Positions 38,551 to 48,070 of a stretch of 64,000 nt of DNA are shown here, piece after piece. The first letter of the stretch is position 1; every line of letters starts with the position of its first letter. Source of the DNA: Bacteroidetes bacterium GWF2_33_16. GTDB lineage: Bacteria; Bacteroidota; Bacteroidia; Bacteroidales; UBA12077. The notes below the pieces were generated by a model. The model had not been told where the DNA came from, ran no database searches, and saw only the letters and a list, made by a program, of their open reading frames with translations. A program made the translations under genes and the position numbers. The stretch spans positions 146,267 to 210,266 of the forward strand of contig MEOE01000014.1 in the NCBI GenBank assembly GCA_001768565.1, in the 5' to 3' direction.

Positions 38551-38620
38551 AGTGAGCTAAAGTAAATTAAAGTGAACTAAAGTAATTTAAAGTGAACTAA
38601 AGTTAGTTAAAGTAAGTTTA
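38551..38620. repeat. Seven contiguous 10-bp units AGTnAnnTAA (equivalent to 3.5 x 20 bp) just upstream of a start codon
   Basis: AGTGAGCTAA AGTAAATTAA AGTGAACTAA AGTAATTTAA AGTGAACTAA AGTTAGTTAA AGTAAGTTTA. An inverted partial copy lies at 38630-38650. Confidence 0.7.
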
Positions 38621-38665
38621 AATTAAAATTTTAGGCACTTTAGTCACTTATAACTTTAAACTTAT

Positions 38666-39262
38666 TTAGGCTCCCTTCTTATTCAGTGGATTAAGCCTGC
38701 TATAAATGCTACCTCGTTTTGTTTTTTCGAACACATTTCCTTTCACCTGCCTAACATCTTCTACTGTATAAAAAGCGTTTGGATGAATTTCCTGAACAAT
38801 TGTTATAAATTTCCTTAGATCACGCCTGTTTATAGTTGAGAAAAGTAATTTAACAGCACCCTCTTTTCCCTCACCATCAAAAAGAGTAAATCCGAAACCG
38901 GCTGAGCGGAGTTTCTCACCAAGTTGGTGACTGTAATTTTGAAAAAATAACCTCACCATTACAACTCCAATAGAAATTTTTTGTTCGAGATAAATTCCTA
39001 GAAAATTTCCCATGGCAAAACCCCCAGCAAAAGCAAAATAGCAGTATATATTGTCGAGGTGTTTCATTATCTGACTAATAGCAGTAAGCCATATAAATGA
39101 TTCAAAAAATCCAACAACTGGTGCAATGTATCTGTATCCTTTAGATGCATAAATTAAACGTAATGTACCAATGGTTTGATCTGTAATACGTGCCATGAAA
39201 ATTAGCAAAGGCAGTATAAGATAATTGAACAAAGGAGTATCAATAGTTGATAGAAAGTCCAT
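38666..39262 (-). CDS. UPF0316/DUF2179 family membrane protein
   Basis: ARITDQTIGTLRLIYASKGYRYIAPVVGFFESFIW... plus a C-terminal DUF2179-like soluble domain. The first ATG is at 39262; the ORF-track TTG start would overlap the upstream gene. Confidence 0.75.
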   Translation of the reverse strand: MDFLSTIDTPLFNYLILPLLIFMARITDQTIGTLRLIYASKGYRYIAPVVGFFESFIWLTAISQIMKHLDNIYCYFAFAGGFAMGNFLGIYLEQKISIGVVMVRLFFQNYSHQLGEKLRSAGFGFTLFDGEGKEGAVKLLFSTINRRDLRKFITIVQEIHPNAFYTVEDVRQVKGNVFEKTKRGSIYSRLNPLNKKGA

Positions 39263-39297
39263 GTTGCAAATTATTATTTTTTCATTTAAGTAAAAAC

Positions 39298-40251
39298 CTA
39301 CATTAATATTAATGAAATAACATAAGCAAAATATAAAACCATAAAAACAATTCCTTCCCAACGATCAATTTTACGGCCCTTTCCTGTAAAAATAAAAATG
39401 AATAGCAATAAACTAACAAGAATATTTACTATTAAGTCGAACTGCGATGATAAACTTACAGTTACGGGATAAATAATTGCAGATGTTCCTAAAATAAAGA
39501 ATATATTGAAAATGTTCGAACCTACAATGTTTCCAATAGCTATGTCAACATTTTTCTTACGAGCAGCAATTATAGATGTAGCTAACTCAGGTAAAGATGT
39601 TCCAATTGAGATAATAGTTAACGAAATGACTCTTTCAGAAATCCCGAAAAATTTTGCAATTTCAGTAGCACTATATACTATAGATTTTCCACCTAAAACC
39701 AGGAAAACTAATCCTATTATAATAAAAAGAATAGATTTTTTTATTGAATAGTTCTTAGTGTCAAATTCTTCATCATATTTACCGGTTTTTATTAGTTGGA
39801 AATTATATACAAGAAAGATAATAAAAAATGCAATAAGGATGAGCCCATCTATACGTGAAATAACTGATTCAGTATCTTTATCAATCAATATATCATTTGC
39901 AACAACCAATACAAGCATTGCTGATAATAGAGCCAATGGTATTTCTATCCAAGTAGTTTTTGATTTTACTGCTAAAGGATATATAAATGCTGATACTCCA
40001 AGAATAGCAAGTACATTAAAAATATTACTACCTAGAACGTTACCAATTGCAATATTCGAATTGTGATCAACTGCGGCAAAAATATTAACCACTAATTCAG
40101 GTGATGATGTACCAAACGCAACAATGGTTAATCCAATTACAATATTCGGAACATCAAGCCTTTTAGCAAGTGAAGATGCACTGTCGACTAATAAGTTTGC
40201 GCCATAAATAAGCACAATAAATCCTATAATGAGTAATAATATATTTATCAT
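39298..40251 (-). CDS. Ca2+/cation antiporter (CaCA family, YrbG-like)
   Basis: Two alpha-repeats (GTSSPELVVNIFAA...GNVLGSNIFN and GTSLPELATSIIAA...GNIVGSNIFN). Confidence 0.9.
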   Translation of the reverse strand: MINILLLIIGFIVLIYGANLLVDSASSLAKRLDVPNIVIGLTIVAFGTSSPELVVNIFAAVDHNSNIAIGNVLGSNIFNVLAILGVSAFIYPLAVKSKTTWIEIPLALLSAMLVLVVANDILIDKDTESVISRIDGLILIAFFIIFLVYNFQLIKTGKYDEEFDTKNYSIKKSILFIIIGLVFLVLGGKSIVYSATEIAKFFGISERVISLTIISIGTSLPELATSIIAARKKNVDIAIGNIVGSNIFNIFFILGTSAIIYPVTVSLSSQFDLIVNILVSLLLFIFIFTGKGRKIDRWEGIVFMVLYFAYVISLILM

Positions 40252-40411
40252 ATTTCTTTAATTTGATTTTTCGAAATTAGAATAAAAATCAGATATTTAA
40301 CAAACTTTGTTTAAATTTTAACAAATAATTTATCAAACAATTGATTCGTATTTTTTGTTTATTTATGATAGATGGTAGTAAATTATAATAATTAATCGGA
40401 CATTTATTTTT

Positions 40412-40813
40412 ATGACACATGAACATAGATTATTTATTAGAAAATCATTAAATGGAAGATTTAATGATGTGATTCAAAAATTAGAAGAAGAATTAGTAAA
40501 AGTAGGCTTCGGTTTAATTACTGAGGTTGACATGAGTAAAAAATTGGAAGAGAAGCTTAATGTTAAGGTAAATCCATATAGAATTCTAGGTTTTTGTAAC
40601 CCCAAATTTGCTTACGAAGCCATTCTGGAAAATAATGATATTGGTGTTTTCTTGCCTTGTACAATTGTTGTTAAGAAGCTTGATAATTCAATGGTTGAAG
40701 TTGTAACTGCCAACCCTGCATTGTTTATGGAAATGCTAAACAACGACAAATTAAATTCTATGGCCGATGAAGTTGAAAATATATTGAAGCTAGTTTTTGA
40801 AAAATTAAAATAG
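40412..40813 (+). CDS. DUF302 domain protein
   Basis: YRILGFCNPKFAYEAIL...IGVFLPCTIVV matches the DUF302 core. Confidence 0.8.
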   Translation: MTHEHRLFIRKSLNGRFNDVIQKLEEELVKVGFGLITEVDMSKKLEEKLNVKVNPYRILGFCNPKFAYEAILENNDIGVFLPCTIVVKKLDNSMVEVVTANPALFMEMLNNDKLNSMADEVENILKLVFEKLK

Positions 40814-40839
40814 ATTATTTTTTTATGTACCAATCTAAG

Positions 40840-41355
40840 TTATTTTTTTCTTGCATTAAAACCAAATAAAAGCGAAAATCTATATCCGTCTTTCGAGGGA
40901 ACCATAGCCAAATTTATTGGAAAAAATATATTTTGTGTTTTTAATGTAATACCTACGGCAAAAACAAATGAAGCCCCAGCAACTGATAAATTGGGTCCAA
41001 ATCCAAACTCAATACCTTTTTGGCCTCTTAAACCAATAAGAAAGCTGGCACTTGGCAAAATTGTATTTTGTTCCAAGCCTCCAAGTAACACAACTCCTTC
41101 TACTAAGCCACATGAACCATTATCCAGAGTAAAAAAGCGAGTTTCAAATTGCCAGCCAAATTGACTTATAAATTGACTAATATCATTTTCATTTAATCGA
41201 TCGGCTACATCACCTGGTCCAATGTAAGTAAAACCAACTCTTGGTCCATTGAGGTTTATTGGAGGAATTATAACTGCATCTTCAACTTGTGAAAACAAAT
41301 GAGTATAATTAAGGAAAAGAAGAACAGGTATTAGGGATATTTTTAGAATTTTCAT
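40840..41355 (-). CDS. Secreted small Gly-rich beta-strand protein, possible 8-stranded outer-membrane barrel
   Basis: Signal peptide MKILKISLIPVLLFLNYTHLFSQ and alternating hydrophobic beta-strand pattern. No family recognised. Confidence 0.35.
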   Translation of the reverse strand: MKILKISLIPVLLFLNYTHLFSQVEDAVIIPPINLNGPRVGFTYIGPGDVADRLNENDISQFISQFGWQFETRFFTLDNGSCGLVEGVVLLGGLEQNTILPSASFLIGLRGQKGIEFGFGPNLSVAGASFVFAVGITLKTQNIFFPINLAMVPSKDGYRFSLLFGFNARKK

Positions 41356-41538
41356 GATATTTAGTTATTATTATTAATAAATAACAAAAACAAATTCTAT
41401 CAAAGAAGTGAAAGAGAATAATAGAGTTTATTAATTAGAAATCATGAACATGTAAGTTAAGTAGTTTTTTTCTAAAAGTCAAAAAATATCTAACTTATAA
41501 TATAGGTTAAAAAGAATGTGGTGTTGATGCAATTTATT

Positions 41539-43308
41539 CTATCTTAAAATTTTACGAACAAATGCAACAGTAAAATAGGACATCATAAACACTCCTGTAA
41601 ATGCAGTTATATCAGCTAAATATCGTATAGGTCCAATAGGTAAAATATCTCCATATCCAACTGTAAAATAGGTTATTCCTGTATAATAAGCTGCGTCCCA
41701 GAATTTAAACCAGAATGATTGATCTGGTTGGGTAGAGCTAAGACTAGAATTGCTGATATATGGAATCACGGTATATAAAAGAGCAAAGAAAAAGTAAATT
41801 ATGATGTTGCTGAATACAACTCTTAATGGAGAGGTTGCGTAAAGTCCCATAAAATCGAAAACCAGCATTTTAAATCCATAAGCAGGATATTGCCATACAA
41901 CCGATATTTTATTTCTTTTTATCGAGTCGTGAAGATTAGCAAGGGCTTCATTTCTTTTAAACTGAATGTAAGCTTTATCCTCATCATCATATTGACCGGC
42001 ACTATTAAAATTCTCTTTCAGAATTCTAAATTGTTCTGCTTTTTCGCGTCGGCTTGTACTTGGCTGAGAGTAAATAAGCTTTTTTACATCATTTGCGTAC
42101 CAATCCAGATAAACTCTTCCGATTAATCTCATACCCGCAAAATTGATAGTTTTAATTCGAACTGGAAAATCGTAGGGTTTTAAATCAATAATATCGCGGC
42201 CAATAGAGTCTGAAAGATCAAGATAATTGCATTCCGATAATCTAAGATCAACATAATAATCAAGATGGCAAGATTTTAGAGAAAGCTCCATTATATGAGA
42301 ATTGTAAAAACTCAGATTTCCTGTTCCAAAATCAGCATTATCTAAAAACAGAAGTGTTTTGTGAAACTCAACTTGCTCAAACGACACATTTCCTTCACCC
42401 CATTGCGATTTGCGCATTGTGATTTTGCCACCATTATGCTGACATGCTTCGAAGGTTTTTTCTCCATTTCCGAAAATTGCCCTGTTAAAACTTACTTTCG
42501 CATCTTTAAATTCAACTGTTCTGAAATCAACTTTCCCATTACCAAACTCGGTCTGTTCGAAAACTACTTCGTTGCAATGGAATCGTGCAAAGTGAAAATC
42601 TACTTTCCCATCGCCAAACCGAGCTACTTTAAATGAAACACGATCAGATTTAAATTCTGTATTTACAAAGCTAATGTCTCCATTATTGAATTCTGTATTC
42701 ATGAAATAAACATTGCCAGCTCCAAAATGGGCATCCTGAAAATTTATAAAGCCTTTACCAAACCAGGAGTTTTTGAAGCTTACTTCACCATCTCCAAATT
42801 GAACATTCGAAAAATCAACATTTCCATTATTAAATAGAATGTTGCTGAAATTTAGTCCTCCATTATTAAAATGAGTTGATTGAAAAGAAACAGCTCCATT
42901 TAGAAAATGACTATTCTCAAATGTCTTGTACTCATCACAGAATTCTGAATGCGCAAAATCAGTAATTATTTGTGAATCGAAAAAAGTATTATATGCCGAA
43001 AAATTTAGTAATTTAATATATGTTTTTTTCTCAATGTTTCTGCTGCTTCTATAATCTATTAATGAGAAATTCTCAATATATGTATTGTCCAGATTAATTG
43101 GTTTTCCTTCATCAATTAGCTTATATATTTCTTCAGCATTAAAGAAACCTAACTCAACATAAGCAATTTCTTTTTTATTTTCATCCAGAAATGAAATGGA
43201 CACAGTATTGTCAAATTTTTTACCAGATTCAGTAACAAAAGGAGTATCTTTTATCTTTACTTTATAAATGGAGAAATTGTTAATCATCTTGGGATTTAAA
43301 TATTTCAT
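41539..43308 (-). CDS. Pentapeptide-repeat domain fused to a 2-TM K+ channel pore
   Basis: About 250 aa of tandem A(D/N)FxxGxVxF-type pentapeptide pairs, then TM1, a pore helix, the canonical filter TVGYGD (nt 41647-41664) and TM2. Confidence 0.8.
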   Translation of the reverse strand: MKYLNPKMINNFSIYKVKIKDTPFVTESGKKFDNTVSISFLDENKKEIAYVELGFFNAEEIYKLIDEGKPINLDNTYIENFSLIDYRSSRNIEKKTYIKLLNFSAYNTFFDSQIITDFAHSEFCDEYKTFENSHFLNGAVSFQSTHFNNGGLNFSNILFNNGNVDFSNVQFGDGEVSFKNSWFGKGFINFQDAHFGAGNVYFMNTEFNNGDISFVNTEFKSDRVSFKVARFGDGKVDFHFARFHCNEVVFEQTEFGNGKVDFRTVEFKDAKVSFNRAIFGNGEKTFEACQHNGGKITMRKSQWGEGNVSFEQVEFHKTLLFLDNADFGTGNLSFYNSHIMELSLKSCHLDYYVDLRLSECNYLDLSDSIGRDIIDLKPYDFPVRIKTINFAGMRLIGRVYLDWYANDVKKLIYSQPSTSRREKAEQFRILKENFNSAGQYDDEDKAYIQFKRNEALANLHDSIKRNKISVVWQYPAYGFKMLVFDFMGLYATSPLRVVFSNIIIYFFFALLYTVIPYISNSSLSSTQPDQSFWFKFWDAAYYTGITYFTVGYGDILPIGPIRYLADITAFTGVFMMSYFTVAFVRKILR

Positions 43309-43431
43309 TTCAAATATAATAAAATTAGTTTAGAGTTTTATTATTTGAAATTAGCAAAGCAGAATGATGAAGTTTTAAAACTTTTTTATGATTAAATTCG
43401 TAGCAAGAATAGAGTATTTAAATTTAAATAT

Positions 43432-43920
43432 ATGAAAAAAACACTTTTTAGATTATTTTTCTTATTTGCAGTATTTTCTTTTACATTCGTTTCATGTGAG
43501 GACGATGAAGAAAAAGAAGATTCACTATATGTAAAGTTTATAAACATGCCTGAATCAGGATTTACCATAACAGGCATTCGGTTATTGAATATGGGTGAGG
43601 CTGGTGTGCATGAAGATCCAGTTGGCGAATTTGGTGATAACATTTTAAAGAATGGTGCAACAATTGTTCCGGGTGAACATAAGTTTTTTACACTAAATAT
43701 TCCAAGTTTATATTATGCTTATTATCGTTTAACTGTTTATAATGGTGAAGGTGTTCAGGTTTATTTGTATGATCAGGAAGGTTATGAAGCGTCTTGGGAT
43801 GGACCAATTACTCATTGGGGAAGCGATGAAAGACAAGTTGAGGTTACCCTTGGTATTGACGATATAACTGGTAACATTGTTGTTAAATCATGGGCAGAAT
43901 GGTCGTGGATTGAGGAATAG
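43432..43920 (+). CDS. Hypothetical lipoprotein
   Basis: Signal peptide with lipobox-like FVSC followed by an acidic linker (EDDEEKED). No family recognised. Confidence 0.5.
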   Translation: MKKTLFRLFFLFAVFSFTFVSCEDDEEKEDSLYVKFINMPESGFTITGIRLLNMGEAGVHEDPVGEFGDNILKNGATIVPGEHKFFTLNIPSLYYAYYRLTVYNGEGVQVYLYDQEGYEASWDGPITHWGSDERQVEVTLGIDDITGNIVVKSWAEWSWIEE

Positions 43921-44042
43921 AATAGAAGAATCAAGATACAAATATCAAGACAAAAGTTTATTAAAGGGAGTTGTTATTAATGAATAGGGATTGATTCAGC
44001 AGGTATCCAATAAATAGCAACAAGTAACTAATAATTAGTTAC

Positions 44043-46928
44043 CTATCTACTACATATCTGTTTATATGGACAGTTGCTGCAAATTTTAAGATCTTCTGTT
44101 TGAGTAAAATTTACAGAAGGATCAAATAATTCGTTAACAAGCTGATTTAAATAATCACTAAATTCTGTGTTAATCCTTCTGTAATCAGTAATTAAAATCT
44201 TTGTTTTTTCTTCTTTTGTCTGGATATGGTAATCAAATCCTTGTTCGAATATTTTACGTACTGAATAAATCCCTGGTACAATAGGTAAATCAATACTGTT
44301 ATTTTCTTTGAAGAATTTGGAATATAGAAATGTTTGAAATACAGCACTGTTTTGGTCTTTAGAATCTTTAGAAAACAGAGAATCCATATTTTTAAAATCA
44401 AGTTTGTCGGCTCCTGATTTGTAGTCTATAATCCGAATCTGGTTGTTTTGTTTGTCAATACGATCAATTTTGCCTCCAAGCCTTATGCTTTCTTTATTCC
44501 CATTCTGGTTAAATGGAATATTTATAGTAAACTTATTCTCAAGCGAAATAATTTCAAATGGAGTATATTGAATATCAATTTTTAGAATTTGCCGAATATA
44601 TTTTTCAATCATTTCTCGAACAATGATGTTTCGCCCGGTATAATCTCTCTGAGTACTTCCTTTAAAATATTCTTTACCAAACGCTATATCTATTGCTTCA
44701 TTTATTAAAGTATTATCCTTTAGAATAGAACTTAATGTAGCCGAATCAATTGTTTTACCAACAAAAGGATTATATAATATTTGCATTGTTTCATGCAGAA
44801 TATTTCCAAACATAGGTGCATCTACCTGTTCCGAAATTTCTTCTTTTTCTTCCAGATTGGCTATATACCTGAAGTAATATCGAAGTTTGCATTTTAAATA
44901 TGTGTTTAAAGCACTGGGAGAGATATAATCTGTTTGGGTTTTTGAAGTAGTGTATCTGCTTAGATTTTCCTGAATATCTTTGTTTTTAACTATTGAAATT
45001 GAATCAGGAATCAGTGAATTAATATCAAACCGAACACTCTTTTCCTTAATTGCATATTGGTTTTCGTATTTTAACTGGTAAATAAAACGGCTCATCTCGC
45101 CTGACTGCAATCCATCGGCATTCGAGTTGTAAATTAACGTAATGTTTTTTGCTCGCTGAATAAGTCTGTAAAAGTAGTATCCATAAATTGCATCTTGATG
45201 CTCTATTGTAGGTAATCCAAATCCTTTGCGCAAATTATAGGGAATGAAAGATAAAGAAGATTCTGATTTGGGTAAAACGCCTTCGTTCATTGATAAGATA
45301 AAAAGATTCTCAAAATCGAGTAAACGCGTTTCCAGAATCCCCATAACCTGCAATCCGGTTAAGGGTTCACCAGTAAATGGTATTCGAAGGCTACGAATGA
45401 ATTTTCTTAGCAATCTTATAAATGTATCCGTTTTAATCTCGATATTTTGCTCAATTAATACATCTTTTATGCGGTTTACCGAAAGGTAGATATGATAGAT
45501 ATATTCTTTTTCGATAGATAATGAATGACCGTTTTGTTGCGAAGGTACTATGTACAATGAGTTATATATACTATGAAGTATATTAAGTAAATACTCCGAC
45601 AATGTTTGATAACTATCCGCTTTTTGAAAAATAATACTAAAAAAGTCGTTTTTAGATAATTCATCAAGTGTAAGTGTTACACGGTTATTGGTTTGGATGT
45701 AAGCAACTAATTCATTTGCTATATCGGGATAATGAGTTTTTATATATTGATGATTTAGAATTGCAAGAACATTTTTATGATAGAACTTAATTACCCCTGA
45801 GCTGCTTATTTTACAATTTTTTTGCAGTTCGATAATATGCTCCAGAAAACTATAAATCGGTGTATTTATTACCGGATACCCCATGGTGATATTCACTTTT
45901 TCTATTGTGTCGGGTATTGAGTGAACTACAGGAATAAGCATGTGTTCATCGGCAAGTACAATAGCCATTTTGTCTGGATTATCGGATTGAGTTTCTTTGT
46001 TTTCAATCAATTTCTGACTTATATATTTTGCCTGACCCACATCAGATGGAACAGAAACAACCTCGATATTTTTGGATTTCAATAAATTGTTGAAAATATC
46101 TTTAGAGCCGAAACTCAATGGTTGTTTGTAGTTCTTAGTATTTTCGCGAAGGAAAAAACCTGCTTCGAACGTTTCATTTTCGATATAAGCAGTATCATAA
46201 TCCCAATAAAAATCGGCTTTCTTATTGTTATTTAGATTAGTAAATAGTGTTTTCTCACAATTATTAAGTGCATTAAAACCAATAAAAATATATTTCTGGT
46301 AACTAAGTTGAGTTGGAATATTCTTATTTAGTTTATTGGCAACCTCCCTATAAATCATTCCTTCATAAGCAATGTGCTGTTCCTTAAGTGCTTGATTAAA
46401 CTCTATATAAATTTCATAAAGAACAGTCCAAATGCTAATAAAATCTTGTTGGTGAATAGAGTTCTTTTCAGGATCAAATGATTTCCAGAACTCCTGTATA
46501 GCCTGAATCTGATTTTCTGATAGGTAGGTGAACTGATCCTGAATTGATTTAAGGTTTTTCAGGTTTTTAAATAAATCTTCGGGATTAACCAAATATTTAT
46601 CAATATCGTCGAAATCGTTTAGTAGCATTTCTCCCCAGAAATAAAAGTCATCAAAACTTTCATTCGATTTCTTGATTTTTGAATACACCTTATACAACTC
46701 AAATAGCAGTTTAACATTATCAGCCAATTGCAAGTCTGAAATTTCGGGCATCAACTCATTAATCGTAATAGTTTTAGGCGACCAAATAGGTTTATCAACA
46801 ATCTCCGATAAATATTTTTTGAAATACAAACCAGCCCTGCGATTTGGAAATACTATACAAAGCTCCGATAATTGATCTCCATATCGGGAGTAAAGGTCGT
46901 GTGCTGTATGTTTGAGAAATGTATCCAT
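44043..46928 (-). CDS. AddB-like PD-(D/E)XK nuclease subunit (no Walker A) with C-terminal Cys cluster
   Basis: Nuclease motif GGKIDRID...IRIIDYKSG...QTFLY. Cys residues are LKCKLRYY plus a terminal CSNCPYKQIC (nt 44052-44081), as in the AddB Fe-S staple. The gene is close to an AddA-like helicase gene. Confidence 0.75.
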   Translation of the reverse strand: MDTFLKHTAHDLYSRYGDQLSELCIVFPNRRAGLYFKKYLSEIVDKPIWSPKTITINELMPEISDLQLADNVKLLFELYKVYSKIKKSNESFDDFYFWGEMLLNDFDDIDKYLVNPEDLFKNLKNLKSIQDQFTYLSENQIQAIQEFWKSFDPEKNSIHQQDFISIWTVLYEIYIEFNQALKEQHIAYEGMIYREVANKLNKNIPTQLSYQKYIFIGFNALNNCEKTLFTNLNNNKKADFYWDYDTAYIENETFEAGFFLRENTKNYKQPLSFGSKDIFNNLLKSKNIEVVSVPSDVGQAKYISQKLIENKETQSDNPDKMAIVLADEHMLIPVVHSIPDTIEKVNITMGYPVINTPIYSFLEHIIELQKNCKISSSGVIKFYHKNVLAILNHQYIKTHYPDIANELVAYIQTNNRVTLTLDELSKNDFFSIIFQKADSYQTLSEYLLNILHSIYNSLYIVPSQQNGHSLSIEKEYIYHIYLSVNRIKDVLIEQNIEIKTDTFIRLLRKFIRSLRIPFTGEPLTGLQVMGILETRLLDFENLFILSMNEGVLPKSESSLSFIPYNLRKGFGLPTIEHQDAIYGYYFYRLIQRAKNITLIYNSNADGLQSGEMSRFIYQLKYENQYAIKEKSVRFDINSLIPDSISIVKNKDIQENLSRYTTSKTQTDYISPSALNTYLKCKLRYYFRYIANLEEKEEISEQVDAPMFGNILHETMQILYNPFVGKTIDSATLSSILKDNTLINEAIDIAFGKEYFKGSTQRDYTGRNIIVREMIEKYIRQILKIDIQYTPFEIISLENKFTINIPFNQNGNKESIRLGGKIDRIDKQNNQIRIIDYKSGADKLDFKNMDSLFSKDSKDQNSAVFQTFLYSKFFKENNSIDLPIVPGIYSVRKIFEQGFDYHIQTKEEKTKILITDYRRINTEFSDYLNQLVNELFDPSVNFTQTEDLKICSNCPYKQICSR

Positions 46929-46931
46929 TAT

Positions 46932-47060
46932 AAGTGCCTAAATTGCCTAAAATTTAAAGTGCCTAAAGTTATTTTATGTTCCTTGTTCCTTGTTTTGCTT
47001 GTTGTATAAGAATTTTTACCTGCCAAATGCTACTGGTTCCTGCTACTGTTTCCTGCCACT
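46932..47060. repeat. Three adjacent stutter blocks between the radical SAM and AddB-like genes
   Basis: AAGTGCCTAAA occurs at 46932 and 46957. GTTCCTT GTTCCTT GTTTTGCTT GTTG spans 46978-47004. TGCTACTGGTTCC TGCTACTGTTTCC TGCCACT spans 47028-47060 and overlaps the last codons of the radical SAM ORF. Confidence 0.65.
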
Positions 47061-48013
47061 AATTTCTGCTTATTAAAAAATTTTCCTTGATAGGTGTCAA
47101 GTTCTTCCAGACGTTTTTCAAATCTAACCATAATCTGATCATTTCGAATTAATCCCCAGCCGGGTCCAACAAGAAATCTTGGTGGTACTTCGCCTGCAAA
47201 TCGTTCGACTACAAAGTTGGGATTTAGTCGTTCCAAGAACTGAATAAAAAAATCAATATATTCTGATAATTCGAAAAATGTAAAATTTTCAGGATGTTCT
47301 AAATACTCTGTTTCCATTGCTGTTCCTTTTATAATCTGCAGTTGATGAAACTTTACAGTATCGAGTGGCAACGACGAAATAGTTTTTGCTTCATTTAAGA
47401 GGTATTCCTTCGATTCGCCCGGTAATCCAAAAATAAAATGCGCACCTGTTTTTAGTCCATATTTTTTTGTTTTTTCAAGTGCTTCAATTGCTTCTTCAAA
47501 AGTATGGCCTCGGTTTATTCGCTTCAATGTATCATTATTAGTTGATTCTATTCCATATTCAAGGATGATGTAATATTTCTCCGAAAGTTTCTGAAAATAC
47601 TCAAGTTTTTCATCATCAATACAATCGGGACGCGTACCAATAACCAAGCCTGCAATTTCGGGCATCGATAAGGCTTCGTTATAAATCTTTTTCAAATCAT
47701 CTAATGGTGCATATGTATTTGAATAAGCTTGAAAATAAGCTAGGTAGTTTTTTGCTCTTCTATATCTGTTTATATGGAATTCTATTCCCTCTTCAATTTG
47801 CTGTTTAACTGATTTTTCGGGTTGGCAGTAAGAAGGATTAAATGCATCATTATTGCAATAGGTACATCCACCCACTCCTCTCAAACCATCTCTGTTAGGA
47901 CAGGTAAATCCGGCGTCAATGGTAACTTTCTGAATTCGTTCACCAAAAGTACGTTTAAAATACTCGCTGTAAGAGTTAAATCGTCTGTTATGGCCCCAGG
48001 GGAATACTGTCAT
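47030..48013 (-). CDS. TIGR01212-family radical SAM protein (YhcC-like)
   Basis: The FTCPNRDGLRGVGGCTYCN cluster motif and overall length are typical of TIGR01212. Confidence 0.85.
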   Translation of the reverse strand: MTVFPWGHNRRFNSYSEYFKRTFGERIQKVTIDAGFTCPNRDGLRGVGGCTYCNNDAFNPSYCQPEKSVKQQIEEGIEFHINRYRRAKNYLAYFQAYSNTYAPLDDLKKIYNEALSMPEIAGLVIGTRPDCIDDEKLEYFQKLSEKYYIILEYGIESTNNDTLKRINRGHTFEEAIEALEKTKKYGLKTGAHFIFGLPGESKEYLLNEAKTISSLPLDTVKFHQLQIIKGTAMETEYLEHPENFTFFELSEYIDFFIQFLERLNPNFVVERFAGEVPPRFLVGPGWGLIRNDQIMVRFEKRLEELDTYQGKFFNKQKLVAGNSSRNQ

Positions 48014-48070
48014 CTACCTTTACTTTAATTATTGTTTTGTTCAATTCTTAGTTTTGTGCTATTTGAAACA

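Noticed and set aside
38551-38620. Tandem 20-bp repeats considered as a small CRISPR array
   Set aside because: The units are contiguous with no spacers and degenerate in a 10-bp register. They are far shorter than CRISPR repeats, and no cas genes are in the window.
43392-43643. 83-aa minus-strand ORF overlapping the lipoprotein gene start
   Set aside because: It is antisense to a gene with a clear signal peptide and lipobox, and its Ser/Asn-rich sequence has no features.
47030-48013. Radical SAM gene between helicase and nuclease genes considered as a viperin-like defence enzyme
   Set aside because: The Cys motif and overall pattern fit the housekeeping TIGR01212/YhcC family, not viperin (CNYKCGFC-type). 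There are no other defence hallmarks nearby.
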